Shown piece after piece: positions 12,435 through 25,498 of a stretch of 64,000 nt of DNA. This DNA is from Camelus ferus. Taxonomy: Eukaryota. The DNA lies in NCBI RefSeq assembly GCF_009834535.1, contig NC_045696.1:65474001-65538000 (forward strand), read 5' to 3'. The position numbers and the translations under genes are program-made. Under the pieces are notes generated by a model. The model saw nothing but the letters and a program-made list of their open reading frames with translations. It searched no databases and was not told the DNA's origin. Numbering within the stretch: position 1 is the stretch's first letter; every line of letters begins with the position of its first letter.

Positions 12435-12820
12435 CCTCTGCAGTTGCTGTTTCCTCTGCCTAGAAATATTCTAGGCATGGCTCAACTTACCTGGCTCAAC
12501 ACCTCACCTCACTCATGTCCCTGCTCAACAAATGTCACTTCTTAAGTGGGCCTTCCCTAACCACCCATTTTTAAATAACAACGTGTCAGTTTCTACCCCT
12601 TTATTTTATCTTACTTTCTTTATAATGCTTATCTAATCCTAACACCATAATTTGCATTTACTTGTCTACCTGTTTATTTTCTATCTCCCCCCCACTAGAA
12701 TGTAAGCATCATGATGTCAGAGGCTGTGTCTTGCTCCTAACTGTATCCCTGGTGGCTTACCACAGTGCCTGGCACAGATTAAGCACTCAGCAGTTATATG
12801 TTGATTTAATGGATAGATGA
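12435..12820 (+). mobile_element. L2a 3' end
   Basis: ttgctgtttcctctgcctagaa...ccactagaatgtaagc...acagtgcctggcaca...gcactca. Confidence 0.85.
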
Positions 12821-12904
12821 GTTTTTGGAGGAACTAATAAAGATCACTATTTGTAACAGTGCACTCCAACACTACCTCCGTATCCCCTTACGCATTCAAG
12901 TGCA

Positions 12905-12950
12905 TACACACACACACATACACACACACAGCACCCACACTAATACACAT
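12905..12950. repeat. Imperfect (CA)n
   Basis: Seen directly. Confidence 0.9.
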
Positions 12951-14859
12951 GCATACTAGCACTCATATACAAGAATTTTATCTTTAACAAATTCAATGTA
13001 CACTAAGTAGCAAGATTTCCACAAGGTTCTGTTAATGGGTGTACAGTATGCTGTGGAAGGGAAATAGGCTCAAGACCTGGGCTTTGCCTTGAGGGAACCC
13101 ATCGCCTGGGTATACTGAAGGAGGAAAAAGCTTCCTCTGATGCAGGCTTGAGCATCACTGGTTGTCTAATCAGTCAGTATGGTACTTCTATCTATGGTCT
13201 ATACAATCTGCTGTATGTAGTCAATCAGTATGGTCAGACAATCTATGGTATTTGATGACATAGAAATATAGACTATTACATAGATAACAACATACTGCCT
13301 TCTACCATCTTGAAAGGAGATCTGGAAAGCTTTCCACACAAAGTTCTGAAAGAGATAAATGAGCAACATTTCAATCAGTAGAGAAGGATGGAGAAAGACA
13401 TTTCAGATACAGGAAACTATGCAAGAAATGACATAAAGGATGGGAATGTAAGGCGCGTGCAGAAACCACGTACAGGTTCTGAAAGGACTGAATATGCAGA
13501 GACAAGTGCACTGAACAATATGTTGGTGCCAGCTTTTGGCAGTATTTGAATGCCGTTCACAGACTTTTGGAATTTGTTTTCTTAATAATGGGAAGTCACT
13601 GATGCTTTTACCTAGGGGAGAAACGTTAAACAGCAATTGTGTAGTGTTTATTTAGTATCAGGATCATTCTTAGAAATTAGGTATACATTATCTTATTTAA
13701 TTCTGTCAGTGGGTCTGAGAAAAAGATTGGAGAGTTGAGGACACAAATCTTCAGAAAAGAGATAACCTGAAAGGGTAAAGCAGCTTGTAAGTGCGAGGAG
13801 TACTATGAAAGCAGGTCTCCTGATTTGGGGTCCAGGGTTTGTTCCATTCCACCTACCCTGATTAAGTCTTTGGTTTAACATATTACTTTAGAGATGTTAT
13901 TTATGAGAGACCATAGTGAGAAAAAATATCTAGGTATGTAGTTCATTTAGGACTCTTCTGCAAAACAAGAAAAAACATAACGTGAGCTTGAACTAGAACA
14001 GGGCGATGGAAATGAAAGGACAGATGGGATAGGTAGAGTGAGATTATTACACAGACCACTGGACAACTGAGCATTTTCCCTCTAGGGGAGTTCAATTTTG
14101 AAGAAGGAAATAAAAATAAATTGCATTTCTTTATTATTTATTTATTCAGTCAACTAGCTTATGGGAAGAAAAATGAAAATAGCAGTAGACTGTAAAAGCA
14201 GGTGCCAAGAAAAACTTTTAAAAAAAATGGGCACTGTAATTTCTCTCCACTATCCTCCTTAGAAAAGAGACATAAAAGCTTTCAGTGTTTGCAGGTTTCC
14301 AAATCTACCTACTTACACCTGTTAAGAAACATCTGTTTTCTTGTATGATAGAAACTGCAACAAATAAAAAGGCCAGCTAATAATAACATGGTGACAAGAA
14401 AAACTTTTTGTTAGTTTATTTAGTTTTATTTTGTTTTTTTTCCAGGCTAAAAAGGTAATCATTTAGATTAAGAAGTCTTTGCAACTAAACTGTACATTAT
14501 TGGTTAGATCTAGGCGTGAATTTGGATTCCTAGTATTTCCTTATTTGTTAATGTAATTAGTGCATTCATTAATTTCATATGACTCAATAAATATGTGAGT
14601 ATTTTGGGTAATTATTAAGATTTGGATTTTACATCTATGTAGAAAGAACAAATTTCATTATCTCAGAATATAGTCAAATTAGTCAAATATAGTCAAAAAT
14701 GCTATTATCTTTTATTTGGGGTCTGCAGAAGCTGTAGCAGCTCTAAATAAATTGTAATCTAGCACAACAATGAATCTTAGCAAGGAAATATTTGGCTAAG
14801 AAGACGATATATTGGACTAAGAAATAAGTGAAGGAGGCAGCCCTACCAAAACCAGGAGG

Positions 14860-15250
14860 GAGGCCATGATTCTGGAAACAGAATAAGCCTGGAATTTTCA
14901 ATGGATAGAAAAAAGTCCAGCGTGAATGAGGTGAAAGGGGCAGTGAGAGGGGACATCAGAAAGGTCAAAGGAGTAAGACTGTGCTCCCCTTGGAGCCATG
15001 GAGGCCATGGAGGAAATAGTTTTTCCATTTACAGAGGAAATTCACTGAAGTGTTTTATTCAAGTGAGTAGCCAGTCCAATTTATGTTTTTAAAAGTTTGC
15101 TCTGATAACTCTGTGGATAATGAATGTAAGAAGGCAGGAGTAGAAGCAAGGAGACTAGTTAAAAGAATTTTATAATCGTCTAGGTAGGAAACGACTGAAG
15201 CTTTGGAGCACTGGAGATGATGTTCAATTTTCGTATCTGGGATAAACAGT
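14860..15250 (-). mobile_element. L2 fragment
   Basis: gaagcaaggagactagttaaaag and cactgaagtgttttattcaagtgagt are typical antisense L2 motifs. Confidence 0.6.
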
Positions 15251-16754
15251 GGAAGAATAAGAATATCTGGTAAGAAATTAGCATGGAGTTTACGTCTCTA
15301 ATTCATATTCAATTGGTCTATGTTGCACAGAACTTCCTTTATTTTAAAGAAGCAAGAAATATTGTAATGTTTTAAATAATGATGTTTGAAAATACAGTTT
15401 AAAAACTAGAATTCAATGCAAATAGTGTAGAGTACCACAGTTTCCCTTAGATATTAATAAAATCACTTTACTCATAAAAGAACATTGACAATATAACACA
15501 GACTAAACACAATTGCTCATTTATGTGATTTATTCCTTATAAAATCTTCTCACTGTCTTATAATGTCATATATCTGCTTTTAAGCTTTTTGGCTTTCAGT
15601 GTTGTTTTAGCAGTGGCTTTATTTAAGGAATGCATCATATATATGAATTTCACCAAAATTGGGTCATTATAAACACAGAAGCAGTTAGGAGTTAATTTAT
15701 TTCCTATATACATGAGACTTAGGTTATGGGTTTCTCCATGCAGGAGTAAAATATAACTGAGCCATTTGATAGTAAACACGGTGGATGCCTTTAAATGAAA
15801 GCCTTTCCTCTATCTAGAGAAATGCCTATTTGGTTGGAATTATGTGAACAGCTTATATTTTCTGCTAAAGTACGTTCAAATTCAAGTAGTGCTTGCATAA
15901 TGAGATAGTCTACATTAAGCTGTAATAATGGTTTGCTGCATGATCATCAGAGTGATAATGTGTGTAATTTATCACACCTGCCATTGAAGGAGCTCTAAGA
16001 ATTTCACAAACAGCCCCTCATTAATCTCTTCATTTAGCTTCTTTCTTCTTGAAAGTTTCTAAAGCTATTTAAGGAATTATGCAGCAACTGTGGGAAAGAA
16101 ACAGGTTTTAAAGCATTCAGTAAAAAGAGAAATAGAGTGAGGTACAGGGTCACCAAGACGACACAATCCAAGAGAAACTATCTGGAGGACTGTCACGATC
16201 ACATATGTGACAGACGCCTGTTTTGTTACATCAAGAAATATCCTGAAACATTCAGCTCCAATTCCCCATTTTAGAAGCTGGGCATCCCTTTGATTTACTT
16301 ACTTATCTGCTCTCCCTGGAGGTTTGAAGCTTACTGAAGACCTGGAGGTCTGTCATTCTAAAACAAATACTTGTGTTTCTCCAGTGCTGTATAATTATAT
16401 ACTCAAAGACTGCTTCCCATGTAACTAAAATTGATGCTAAGTTTATGCATAATACACTTGGTATTCTAAAATATTCTGAAATATTATTGATATTTTTAGT
16501 AATAAAGAACAAAGTGTATTCTGAATATGTTAGTTAAGTCATGTTATTGGTCGGCATAAAATGTTAGGCTGGCTAGAATGTTAACAGACAAGTAATTTTT
16601 CTGTAATTTTATGATCTCTTCATATATATATATATATATATATTTAGATGATTGATTTTAAGCACTTACAGAACACTCTGATTTGACAGATGTTATATAA
16701 TTTTACCAAAACTCTAACCCTTATCAAAGATAATAAATACCTTGAAAAAAATAT

Positions 16755-17050
16755 TTCCAGGGTTTGGGTCAGGGAGGGATGAACAGGCATAGCACAGAGG
16801 ATTTACAGGGCAGTGAGAATACTCTGCATGATACCATAATGATGGGTACATACATGTCATTATACATTTGCCCGATCCACAGAATGTGTTAACACCGATA
16901 GTGAACCATAATATAAACTACAGATTTGGGGTGATTATGATGTGTCAAGGTAGGTTCATCAATTGTTATGTATGTACCACTTTAGTGGGGGATATTGATA
17001 ATGGAGGAGATTATGCATGTGTTGGGGCAGAGTGCATACAGGAAATCTCT
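16755..17050 (+). mobile_element. L1MC-like 3' UTR fragment
   Basis: gggcagtgagaatactctgcatgatac...tttggggtgattatgatgtgtca...gatattgataatgg. Confidence 0.85.
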
Positions 17051-17144
17051 TATTTTTATTTTACTGGAGGTACTAGGGATTGAACCCAGGACTTTGCACA
17101 TGCCAGGCATGCACTCTACCACTGATCTATACCCTCCTTCACCC
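17051..17144 (-). mobile_element. tRNA(Ala)-derived SINE, camelid Vic-type
   Basis: Minus strand reads ggagggtatagatcagtggtagagtgcatgcctggcatgtgcaaagtcctgggttcaatccctagtacctcc plus A-rich tail; Pol III A and B boxes present. Confidence 0.85.
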
Positions 17145-17813
17145 TGTTTATGTTTTTTAATCATATGTATGTTTCTCTGTACATTTTTTTCATGTCTTTG
17201 ACTTTACTAGAACTTGCCAAATTTGTCTAAATGTATTTATCAGTGTATGCTCCATCAACGGAATTATCATGTGTTTGGTTTCATTCTTAACTGAACATAT
17301 TACTGTCAGGTTTTAAATGTATGCATGGTACGGGTGAAATGTTATCTTGTTAAGTGTAAGCTATTCTAGGAAGCATAAGCATCTTTCCATGTCACTTGAC
17401 CAGTTAGTTATCCTCTGATATGAACCTTAACCGTATTTTCTTAGACTGTTTTCTTCTTATAGATTCTAATATGCAAATGTATTCTGGATAAAACATAAAG
17501 TGGCAAAAAAAACCCCAACAGATTTGTGGGAATAATATACAGAAGTTTGCAACTCTTCAGAGATGAATGTGGTAAAACATTAAAAAAACACAATTAATAA
17601 AACCAAAATATGTGGAAGGATTTTTTACAGGAACCATATAAAAGACAACACACCATAAAGTGACAATTTTCCTCAGAGAAATCTATCAATTTATTATAAT
17701 TCCAATCAAAATCAAAACCGTACTCTTTGATAATCTTATTCTGACATTCATATTGAACATAACGAATCAAAAATAGCCAGGAACATTTTGCAGAAGAAAA
17801 ATAAGATGGAATG

Positions 17814-18284
17814 TGTATCAGCCACACCTGTGCATCACTCTAGATTCCCTTTGCCTCCTGGGCTTTTGTTTCATCCAAATCTGAGGCATCTGCATCTCAC
17901 CATATATCTGCCTCAACCTGATCATGCCTCAGCTCACACATTTACTATATTCTTTTTGCCTCTTGACTCAGGGTTTCCCTGTTTATGCCAAGTCATCAGA
18001 CTCTGCTCAGCCTCAACACGCAGACAACACAAAATTGCATGAGAATAAATGCCTCATGAATAAATCAAGTCTCGTTTTCCCCCCTGCATGGACTGTCTGA
18101 GACTCAATGTATATTGCTTATTTGAAAACAGTCCGGCTGCCAGTTACCCTTAAGGGTTCACCCTCCTATCCCTGCCTCACTTAACTTCTCCCTCACTTCT
18201 CCCTAGGAATGAATTCTCCAATAAAGTTGTAGTATATAAGCTTTCTAACTCAGGCTCTGCTTCTTGGAAATGCAGAATAAAACA
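17814..18284 (+). mobile_element. LTR16-like (ERVL) solo LTR
   Basis: TG start; ccaataaag...ctcaggctctgcttct...aaaaCA 3' end typical of LTR16/LTR33; host L1 resumes. Confidence 0.7.
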
Positions 18285-18502
18285 GAACTTTACCTATAAT
18301 ATAGCCAGGGTTACCATAAAGCTGTGGTTATTAAGACAATTTGACATTGGTACAGGGGATGACAAGTAGACCAAAGGGACAGACTAGTGTGACTCAAAAC
18401 AAATTCACACAAAGAAACTTAATAAATTAACATTAGAATATTTTAAATTACTAGGGAAAGATATACCATTCAACAAATTATGACGAAGCAACTGTTTACT
18501 AT

Positions 18503-18857
18503 TGTTGACTTAAAACAGAAAGACTGCTAGTTATTTCTCTTGCAAAAATAGGTTTATTCAGGATCAGCAAATTGCAATTTAAGGTCTGCAACTATGATAG
18601 CCACGTACAAAATGAAGAGGAGAACTCTTACTGAGGGGAAAAGGAAGCCGGTAGGGCTACAGTAAACAAAGGCCCCTCCGTGGCTTTTAATTGACCAAGT
18701 TGTGACTGTCTCTCACTGGCTGAGCTCCTGCCTGGCAAGAAGAGGGAGTATTTTTCTTCTTGTTGGGCTGTGCCATCATGGTAGGGCAAGACAGCTTTCC
18801 CTTCTGGCCTCCTGGCTCTGTTTTATTTGAGGGTACTGTCTATTAGTTTTTTATACA
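18503..18857 (-). mobile_element. ERV1-class solo LTR (MER89/MER90-like)
   Basis: TG...CA termini, TSD ctat/atat, antisense aataaa (ggtttattc). Confidence 0.7.
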
Positions 18858-19884
18858 ATATGGAAAAAATGTTTTCTTACATCATAGACAAAAGTCATTT
18901 CTTGAGATGATAAAAGATCTGAATGGGGAAAGCAAATCTTTAAACTTTTAGAAGAAAATATGGAAAAATATGAAGAGTATGACCTTGAAATATAGAATAA
19001 TCCATTTCATATATAAAAAGCACAAACCCTAAAAAGGAATTTTGATAATCCTGCCTAAATTAAAATAAGCATCGTCCGTCAAACAACACTAAACACAATG
19101 AAAAGCCAGAGACTGAGAGAAGAGCACATATAAAGTAAACAAAGTCTCAGTATCCAGAATCCATTTATCTTGTAGCTATTGTGTAGATATTTAAGAAAAG
19201 TATATGTAAAGAAAGAAAAACAAATTAAGAAAAAAGCAGTTAAGGATATGAATAGTCATTTAACAGAAGAGAATAACTAAACAATCGAGGAACATATTAA
19301 AATGTGCTAATTAAAGAATGATCCAGGATATAAAAACTATAAGCTTGGTATTGGTATTAGAGTGACTATGTGGTTTTAGCCCTGAATACATATATTATTG
19401 TTAGATGTTTAGTTTTTACATAGCCTAAGTGGAATTACTCCCTTTTTAGTAAACAGGAGCATCATTTAATCCTCATAAAGTCCTATAAAGTAAGCATAAT
19501 TAGTGTGTCATTTCATTGATATGGAGAAATGCCCAGAAAAACCAAGCAACCGCCTACATTTACATAGCAGGAAAGGACCCATGTGGAGCTACAAAACCAA
19601 GGAATCTGGCTCTAGGTTCCATTTTTTGTTTGTCTGTTCTATTTTTTTTTTTTTAACTATTATGCTCTTCTTTCTCTTTAAATGAACAGTGGCAAAATTG
19701 TTTCTTCATTACTAATCCTAGTAGCTCTTATTTATTTTTTCCCACCAGGCTTGTCAAACAGCTGATAACAATGTTAACAGAAGCTCTAATAGCAGGCATC
19801 CTTTCTCTATTCTCAACTTTAAAGGAAATACAACAAACATGTCAGTCTCAGGAACCACATTTGTTTTAAAATTCTATCAGAGCT

Positions 19885-20110
19885 ACTGTAGAGCATTGTG
19901 ATTAAGGACAGTGGGTCTAGATCCATGCTACCTGAAATTCAGACCCAGTTTCCTCTATTTCCTGATATCTAAATTCTCCATTCATCTGTCCTCCCCCAAA
20001 AGTGGAACACAACTGTACCTACCTACAAAAGTCATTACAGGAGTTAAATAAGTTAGGACACACAAAGTGCTTAGAATAGTGCCTGGCATGTACTATTTAC
20101 TCGATAATAT
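19885..20110 (+). mobile_element. MIR SINE
   Basis: attgtgattaagga...ttcatctgt...aaagtgcttagaatagtgcctggcatgta. Confidence 0.8.
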
Positions 20111-20779
20111 TGGCTACACACCAGACTGTGATGACAAATATGAAGTTATTTTAAATTTATCATAATTACTTATGTAGTTGGATTTACTTATAGATTTATG
20201 TTTGCTATTTACTCAGCTTTTCTAAGCATTTTCTTACTCCTTTCTTGCATTTGACTAGAATGATCAAGTTTATTTTCTTTTTGTCTATCTATACAGATTT
20301 TGGGGAGTTACATATTCTATATATTTATATATAAATAATATAATGATATAGTATATATTTCAGAATTTTTACTTAAAATTTAGTAAGCATATTTGATTTG
20401 ACGAGTTCTAAAATTATCAATATATCTAACTTTATCCTATAACGAAAGACCTCAGTAAACTTTAAATCTGGTCATCTCTACCACCTTATATATTTTTTGT
20501 TGTCTTATATTCAATTTCAACTTGTTTTTATATTTTCAAAATTAATCTACACATACAGTCACACACACACACATTTGTTTAGATTTATCTAAATGTTTAC
20601 CAATAGCCTTTCACCCTTGTCTTCTGAGATCAATTTCCCTGTTGCCAGAGAACTGGTTTTTCCTTTTTGATGTGAGGATTAGCTGATAGGGTTAAGGACT
20701 GGGAGGGGTCACTTCTCTCTGCACAGCAGTGACTTTATTTGTCAAATATCATTCTGTTTGCTTCTGAACTTCTGTCTCT

Positions 20780-21790
20780 TAAGCAATTTACTTACTCTTG
20801 AACAATGTCACGCAATTTTAGTTATAGCTTTAGTATGTTTTGATGTTTGGTAGGAATTTTGCCTATGTATATGACATGTGTACATACAAATTTATATGTA
20901 ATATTTATTATTCCTATCTTCTCAGTGTATTTTGAGGTTAATTGGTTAATCTTGTTTGCACTTAATAGATTACGTTGGTGAGAGTTAATACTTTCAATGT
21001 TTAATCTGACTTTATGTTCATTAAAAAAATACCTGTAGTTAAATTCATATAGATTCCACATAATTTTTCTTGAGTTTATTCACATATTTTAGATATTTGA
21101 TTCTTAGGGGAATTCATATTGTTTACCTTGTCCATTTATTCTCTTTTTGCTTTTGGCTAAGACAGAAAATTTTAAATTTCTGAATGCTTGTTTTATAATT
21201 GGAAGCATCTTGAAGTTTCTCCTTAGTTCTAATTGTTTTACCAGTTGATTCCACAGACTTTTTACATAAACAATCACCATTTGGAAATGTGATGATTTTG
21301 CTTTCTTTTTTCCAATACGTACACTTCTCCTCTTTCTTTGGTTAAATTCTTGCATTTTTAAAAATAACTGACAGAACAGTTTTGAATAACCACAGTGATT
21401 ATGATTATATTTGATTCATTTCTGATTGTAAAGGAGATGCTGCTATAGACTCATCATTAAGAATAATGTTGACCATACGTTTAACATACAAATTCAGCTG
21501 CATTGTATTTTGGTTATTTTTAATTCGCTTTTTTGAAAAATATACATTTTATAGGGTGTAGAGTAAGACTCTAAACTATTTTTAAGCCTAATAATTGACT
21601 AAATATGTAAAGACAACTTACTAAATTCATGTCTCCACCATTGATTTATGATGTATCCTTTATCATGCATTAGATTATTAAAGATACTATTGTCTAATTC
21701 TTGAGTATATAGTTCTTTAGTTCTTGTACAATTCTATTCATGTGCTACAGAGACTCAATTACATCTCTGAAAATTTTGGCATTCAAACAA
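20780..21790 (-). mobile_element. Old L1 ORF2 fragments
   Basis: T-rich antisense L1 motifs (ttagttctaattgtttt, acaatcaccatttggaaatgtga, tcatcattaagaataatgttg). Confidence 0.65.
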
Positions 21791-22559
21791 CAACAGCAAT
21801 AAAAGAATAATAGCAGCATAATGACAGCTATCACTGAATAAGCATTATTTTGTCCCAGATTCTGAACTAAGTGTTTTATATGCATTATATCAAGTAAAAC
21901 TCAAAACAATCTTATTTATGTTGTAATGCAGATGAGCAAATTGTGATTCAGTAATTTTGCAATAGTCATGATGCTAATAAGTTCAAAAACTATAATTTGA
22001 ACATGTCTGTTGTATTCTAGGCCAAATACAATAGGTAGTCAACCATTGCTATCATCACGTGGTAGTTTATTTGAAACATAAGAGAAAATATAGAGCATCA
22101 CAAGATTGCCTGACCTATACCTATAAACCTATAAAGTGGTGGCCAATGCTTAAGTTTTCTTTTAACTTAATTTAAGTATATTTACAGCATCTTTCAGGTC
22201 TTACATATCCATTTTATCAAACCTTTTTAGAAAAACAGGTATTATTTTTGAGTACAAACTACACACAGCAAGTATGGTAACAAGAAGCAGACTGTTATCC
22301 AGGCATTTACCTATACTCTGTGCATTGACAAGAATAACTTTTTCCGTTTCTACCCTATATGCTCTGGTTTGGAACATGTTAATTTACCCTATGAAATAAG
22401 GGGGCTAGACTAGATAATCTATGTATCTCTCTAAATCTACATTCAGAGAGCAACTTATAAAGGAAAGAAGCAGTATAATAAATCAGACAAAAAGAACTGA
22501 CAATCAAAAACCAATTCTGAATCAACTGGCTTCACATAGGTAAAAAATACTTCCTATAT

Positions 22560-23210
22560 TTCACTGTACACAACATAAGTAAAACAGAGTAAAGCACTGA
22601 AAAGTGAGCCTTAAAATTTTAGAAGACAATATTTTATATTACCTCAGTATAGAAAGGAATTTTATAAAACAGGAATTGTAAAGTATAGTATGACATAATG
22701 AAAAACCCAGGTGGATTTGACTACATGGAAGTTAAATACGTAAATATATGAATATACTAAAATATCAGTTAGAATATTAAAGTATATTAAAATGTGTAGG
22801 GATTAACACATAAATTTAGTAATAGATATTCATAGCATAACATATATGTTTTGGCTATCTATTGATAATAGATACTAATATTATATACAAACACACAAAT
22901 CAAAAAAAAAAAAAATCAGAGGTTGGGAGACTTTACTACTATCAGTAATAAAAGAAAAATAACCAATGCAGAAGGGGAGATATTTTTCATAGACTTTAAA
23001 AAACAAGTAGAAATTTCCACACAAGATTTTTTTCTTAATAAAAGATAATAAACAATTACTCTGCTTAATAGGTATGAGGTTTACTTTTGGAGTCATAAAA
23101 ATGCTTTGGGATTAGATAGAAATAGTTGTGGCACAACATTGTGCTAAATGCCCTTGAATTGTCCACTTAAATATGGTTAATTTTATGATACATAAATTTT
23201 TTAATAAAAA
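22560..23210 (+). mobile_element. L1ME/L1MB fragments
   Basis: aaaattttagaagacaatat; L1MB-type tail gcacaacattgtg...cacttaaatatggttaattttatg. Confidence 0.6.
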
Positions 23211-23779
23211 ATCCAAAGATATCAGATGAAGAAAATCTTGTTACCTTGATCACTGAAACTATTATTCTCTTAAATTAAGTTCTACCATAAGAACAGAGAA
23301 TAATTTGATTATATGTTTAAATATAGGATATAATCATTTTAATGTCCTAAATATGAACCGAAAATTGATGATTCTAAAATCGTGACAAGATCAAGGACAA
23401 AAAAAGTTAGAACATAGCGTCTTTTGCCAGATGTCTGGCACACCAAGCCAGACTGTTGTTTGATAAAATATTATGTATGCTGTAGGAAATGTTTGATTTC
23501 CACTGAGACAAGGTTAGGTGACTACAGGAGTGGCTTATTCATTCCCCGGAGGCGGCATGTTCAAGGTCTAAAAGTTGTTACAATTTTCTCCTCTCTTACT
23601 TCTTTTGCTTTCCTTTTATCACCAATTCACCCTAATCCCTAAACCACAGTTACCTACACAGATAATCCCACTATCTCATTTCCCCCTTCTCCAGCCCACT
23701 AACTGACACAGAAGGAAATCAGATCAGACTGTTCAGAATGAGCTTCGTTTAGAGGATCAGACTAGACATCCCACAACAC

Positions 23780-24050
23780 AATGGTTAGAGGAGGTGCTTG
23801 GGTGCTCAACTGCTGGACCTCCAATTGTAGCTGGTGAGAGACCCATGTGGGCTCCCCACTTCAATTTTATAACATTGGAGATGTGACTTAACTTCCATAT
23901 ACCTCAGCTGCCTGATTTGTATAATGAGAATGAAGACAGTAATAGGACCTACTTCCAAAATTATTGATACATTGTTAAAAAAAGAGTTAATATAGAGCAC
24001 TTAGAACATTTTTGTCAAATGATAAGGACACAGTACATTTTAGCTACTGT
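23780..24050 (+). mobile_element. MIR SINE
   Basis: tgacttaacttcc...cctcag...tgtataatgagaatga...agagcacttagaaca. Confidence 0.7.
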
Positions 24051-24134
24051 GATATTAGTACAGTTTCAAAGCAAAGCAGCTTGTCTATTAGGGAACCAAA
24101 CTCTGCTCCTATTAAAGTCTAATACTTTTCGAAT

Positions 24135-24792
24135 TATGAATCAGTACATTCTCAAGAGAAGAAACTGCACCACCAGGCATCACATGAGCACACACACACT
24201 ATTGACTGTAACTTTCTGAGTATTTCACAGTATACAATCGTGGGAGCTGGTTAAAGGTGTGTGGAAAGCTGCTGTCTTTGTGTCTGGCGCTGGAGACCTA
24301 GGTGAAGGGAAGTGAAGCAACAATCATACATTTGTTACACTGGGAAGGCTGGTGCAGGGGCACCAGGCACTGTGGCAACTTACTCACAATGCTGCTTAGG
24401 GCTGACTCACCTTGTTAGTGTGGGACGACAGCAGGGCAAGTGTTACTGCAGTTCCCACCAGATCCCCTTTCAGTTTCTCTGATAGTGGTCTAGGTGTTGT
24501 TTACCAGCCCGACAAAGGACAACCATATCATTCACGACGGAGGCTTGATGGTGGTGAGAGACCAGTATGGGTCTTAGTCCATCACAGATCCAGTTACTGC
24601 TCATGGGTTTATCCTCACTCTCATCACCATACATCCATCTTCCATCTCTAACTGCCTGTTGATTCACTAGGCCTTCCAAATTTATGCAAAATTATCTTCT
24701 GCAGCCTCCACTAACCTAGGACTCTTCAGTAAGAGGAATCTTGGAAATGAAATACCAGTTTAGCTAAATTGGGAGAATACAAACCCATCACA
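24135..24792 (-). mobile_element. MLT2-type (ERVL) LTR with inverted middle segment
   Basis: caatcgtgggagctggttaaa motif; ends ccatcaCA (TGTGATGG on minus) directly beside the PPT. Confidence 0.75.
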
Positions 24793-25460
24793 GTCCATCC
24801 TTGTAAAGTTGGCATCCATCTACACTTCATGTAGCCATACTGAACTTAATTTCCAAATAAAGACAACAGCAAAACCATGCTTCCACCTAACACAATCCAA
24901 CTATCCTACATAAAGCCAAAAACATGAGAATCCTCTCCCTGAAAGAGGCTACAAATTCCTTCATCTATTTTGAGGTGATGTTTATTCATCTTCTAGCTGA
25001 GTCACATTCCCCCCTTTCATATTCTGAAATGTAAGTACTGAGGTATAAAGGTAACTACTATAAATACATTTATCATAGATAGCAGGGAAATGAGAGAGGT
25101 GAAGAGAAGAAAGTTAATATATACACAAATCTATTCATATCAAGGAAAAGAAGAAATATGCATGACTAATTCAGTTCACATCTCTGCAACTGGTCACATA
25201 GTCATAACTGGTATTTATAGCTACCTTTCTTCCACTACCTGTTCTACGTTCCCTTTATCCTCAGCAAGAATCTCAGCTGGTCATGGCTACTTTCTGGATA
25301 CAATGTCCCACATTCTTGAAGGGTCTGGACCATTAGCAAACCTGCCTGCATTGGGCTATTAAAGTTTTTCCATTTACTTTAATCACAGGATATGCAAGTA
25401 TGGAAAGGCATCACAGGCGATCTGCATTATTACAGATACACTCCTCTTTATCTTGTGTAG
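24793..25460 (-). mobile_element. ERVL internal 3' region
   Basis: PPT aaggatggac (minus) abuts the LTR; ERVL-int motifs ttccaaataaagacaa, gcaactggtcac, ctcagctggtcatgg. Confidence 0.8.
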
Positions 25461-25498
25461 TAGCAACATACACAATTGTACAGTCAAATATATAATTC

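Larger units (their letters stand above)
17600..19320 (+). mobile_element. L1ME-like ORF2 3' remnant interrupted by two LTRs
   Basis: Degenerate collinear L1 motifs (aaaatagccaggaacattttg, gacaagtagaccaaagggacagac, aaacttttagaagaaaata). Confidence 0.7.

Noticed and set aside
13165..13252. Interspersed short direct repeats (tcagtatggt x2, atctatggt x2)
   Set aside because: Too few and irregular for an array; looks like a decayed local duplication, and CRISPR is not expected in mammalian DNA
17066..17137. Possible tRNA gene
   Set aside because: Mismatched stems and an A-rich tail indicate a SINE copy
24412..24679. ORFs of 79 and 69 aa that might be retroviral gag/pro
   Set aside because: The segment is inverted LTR sequence, not coding internal region
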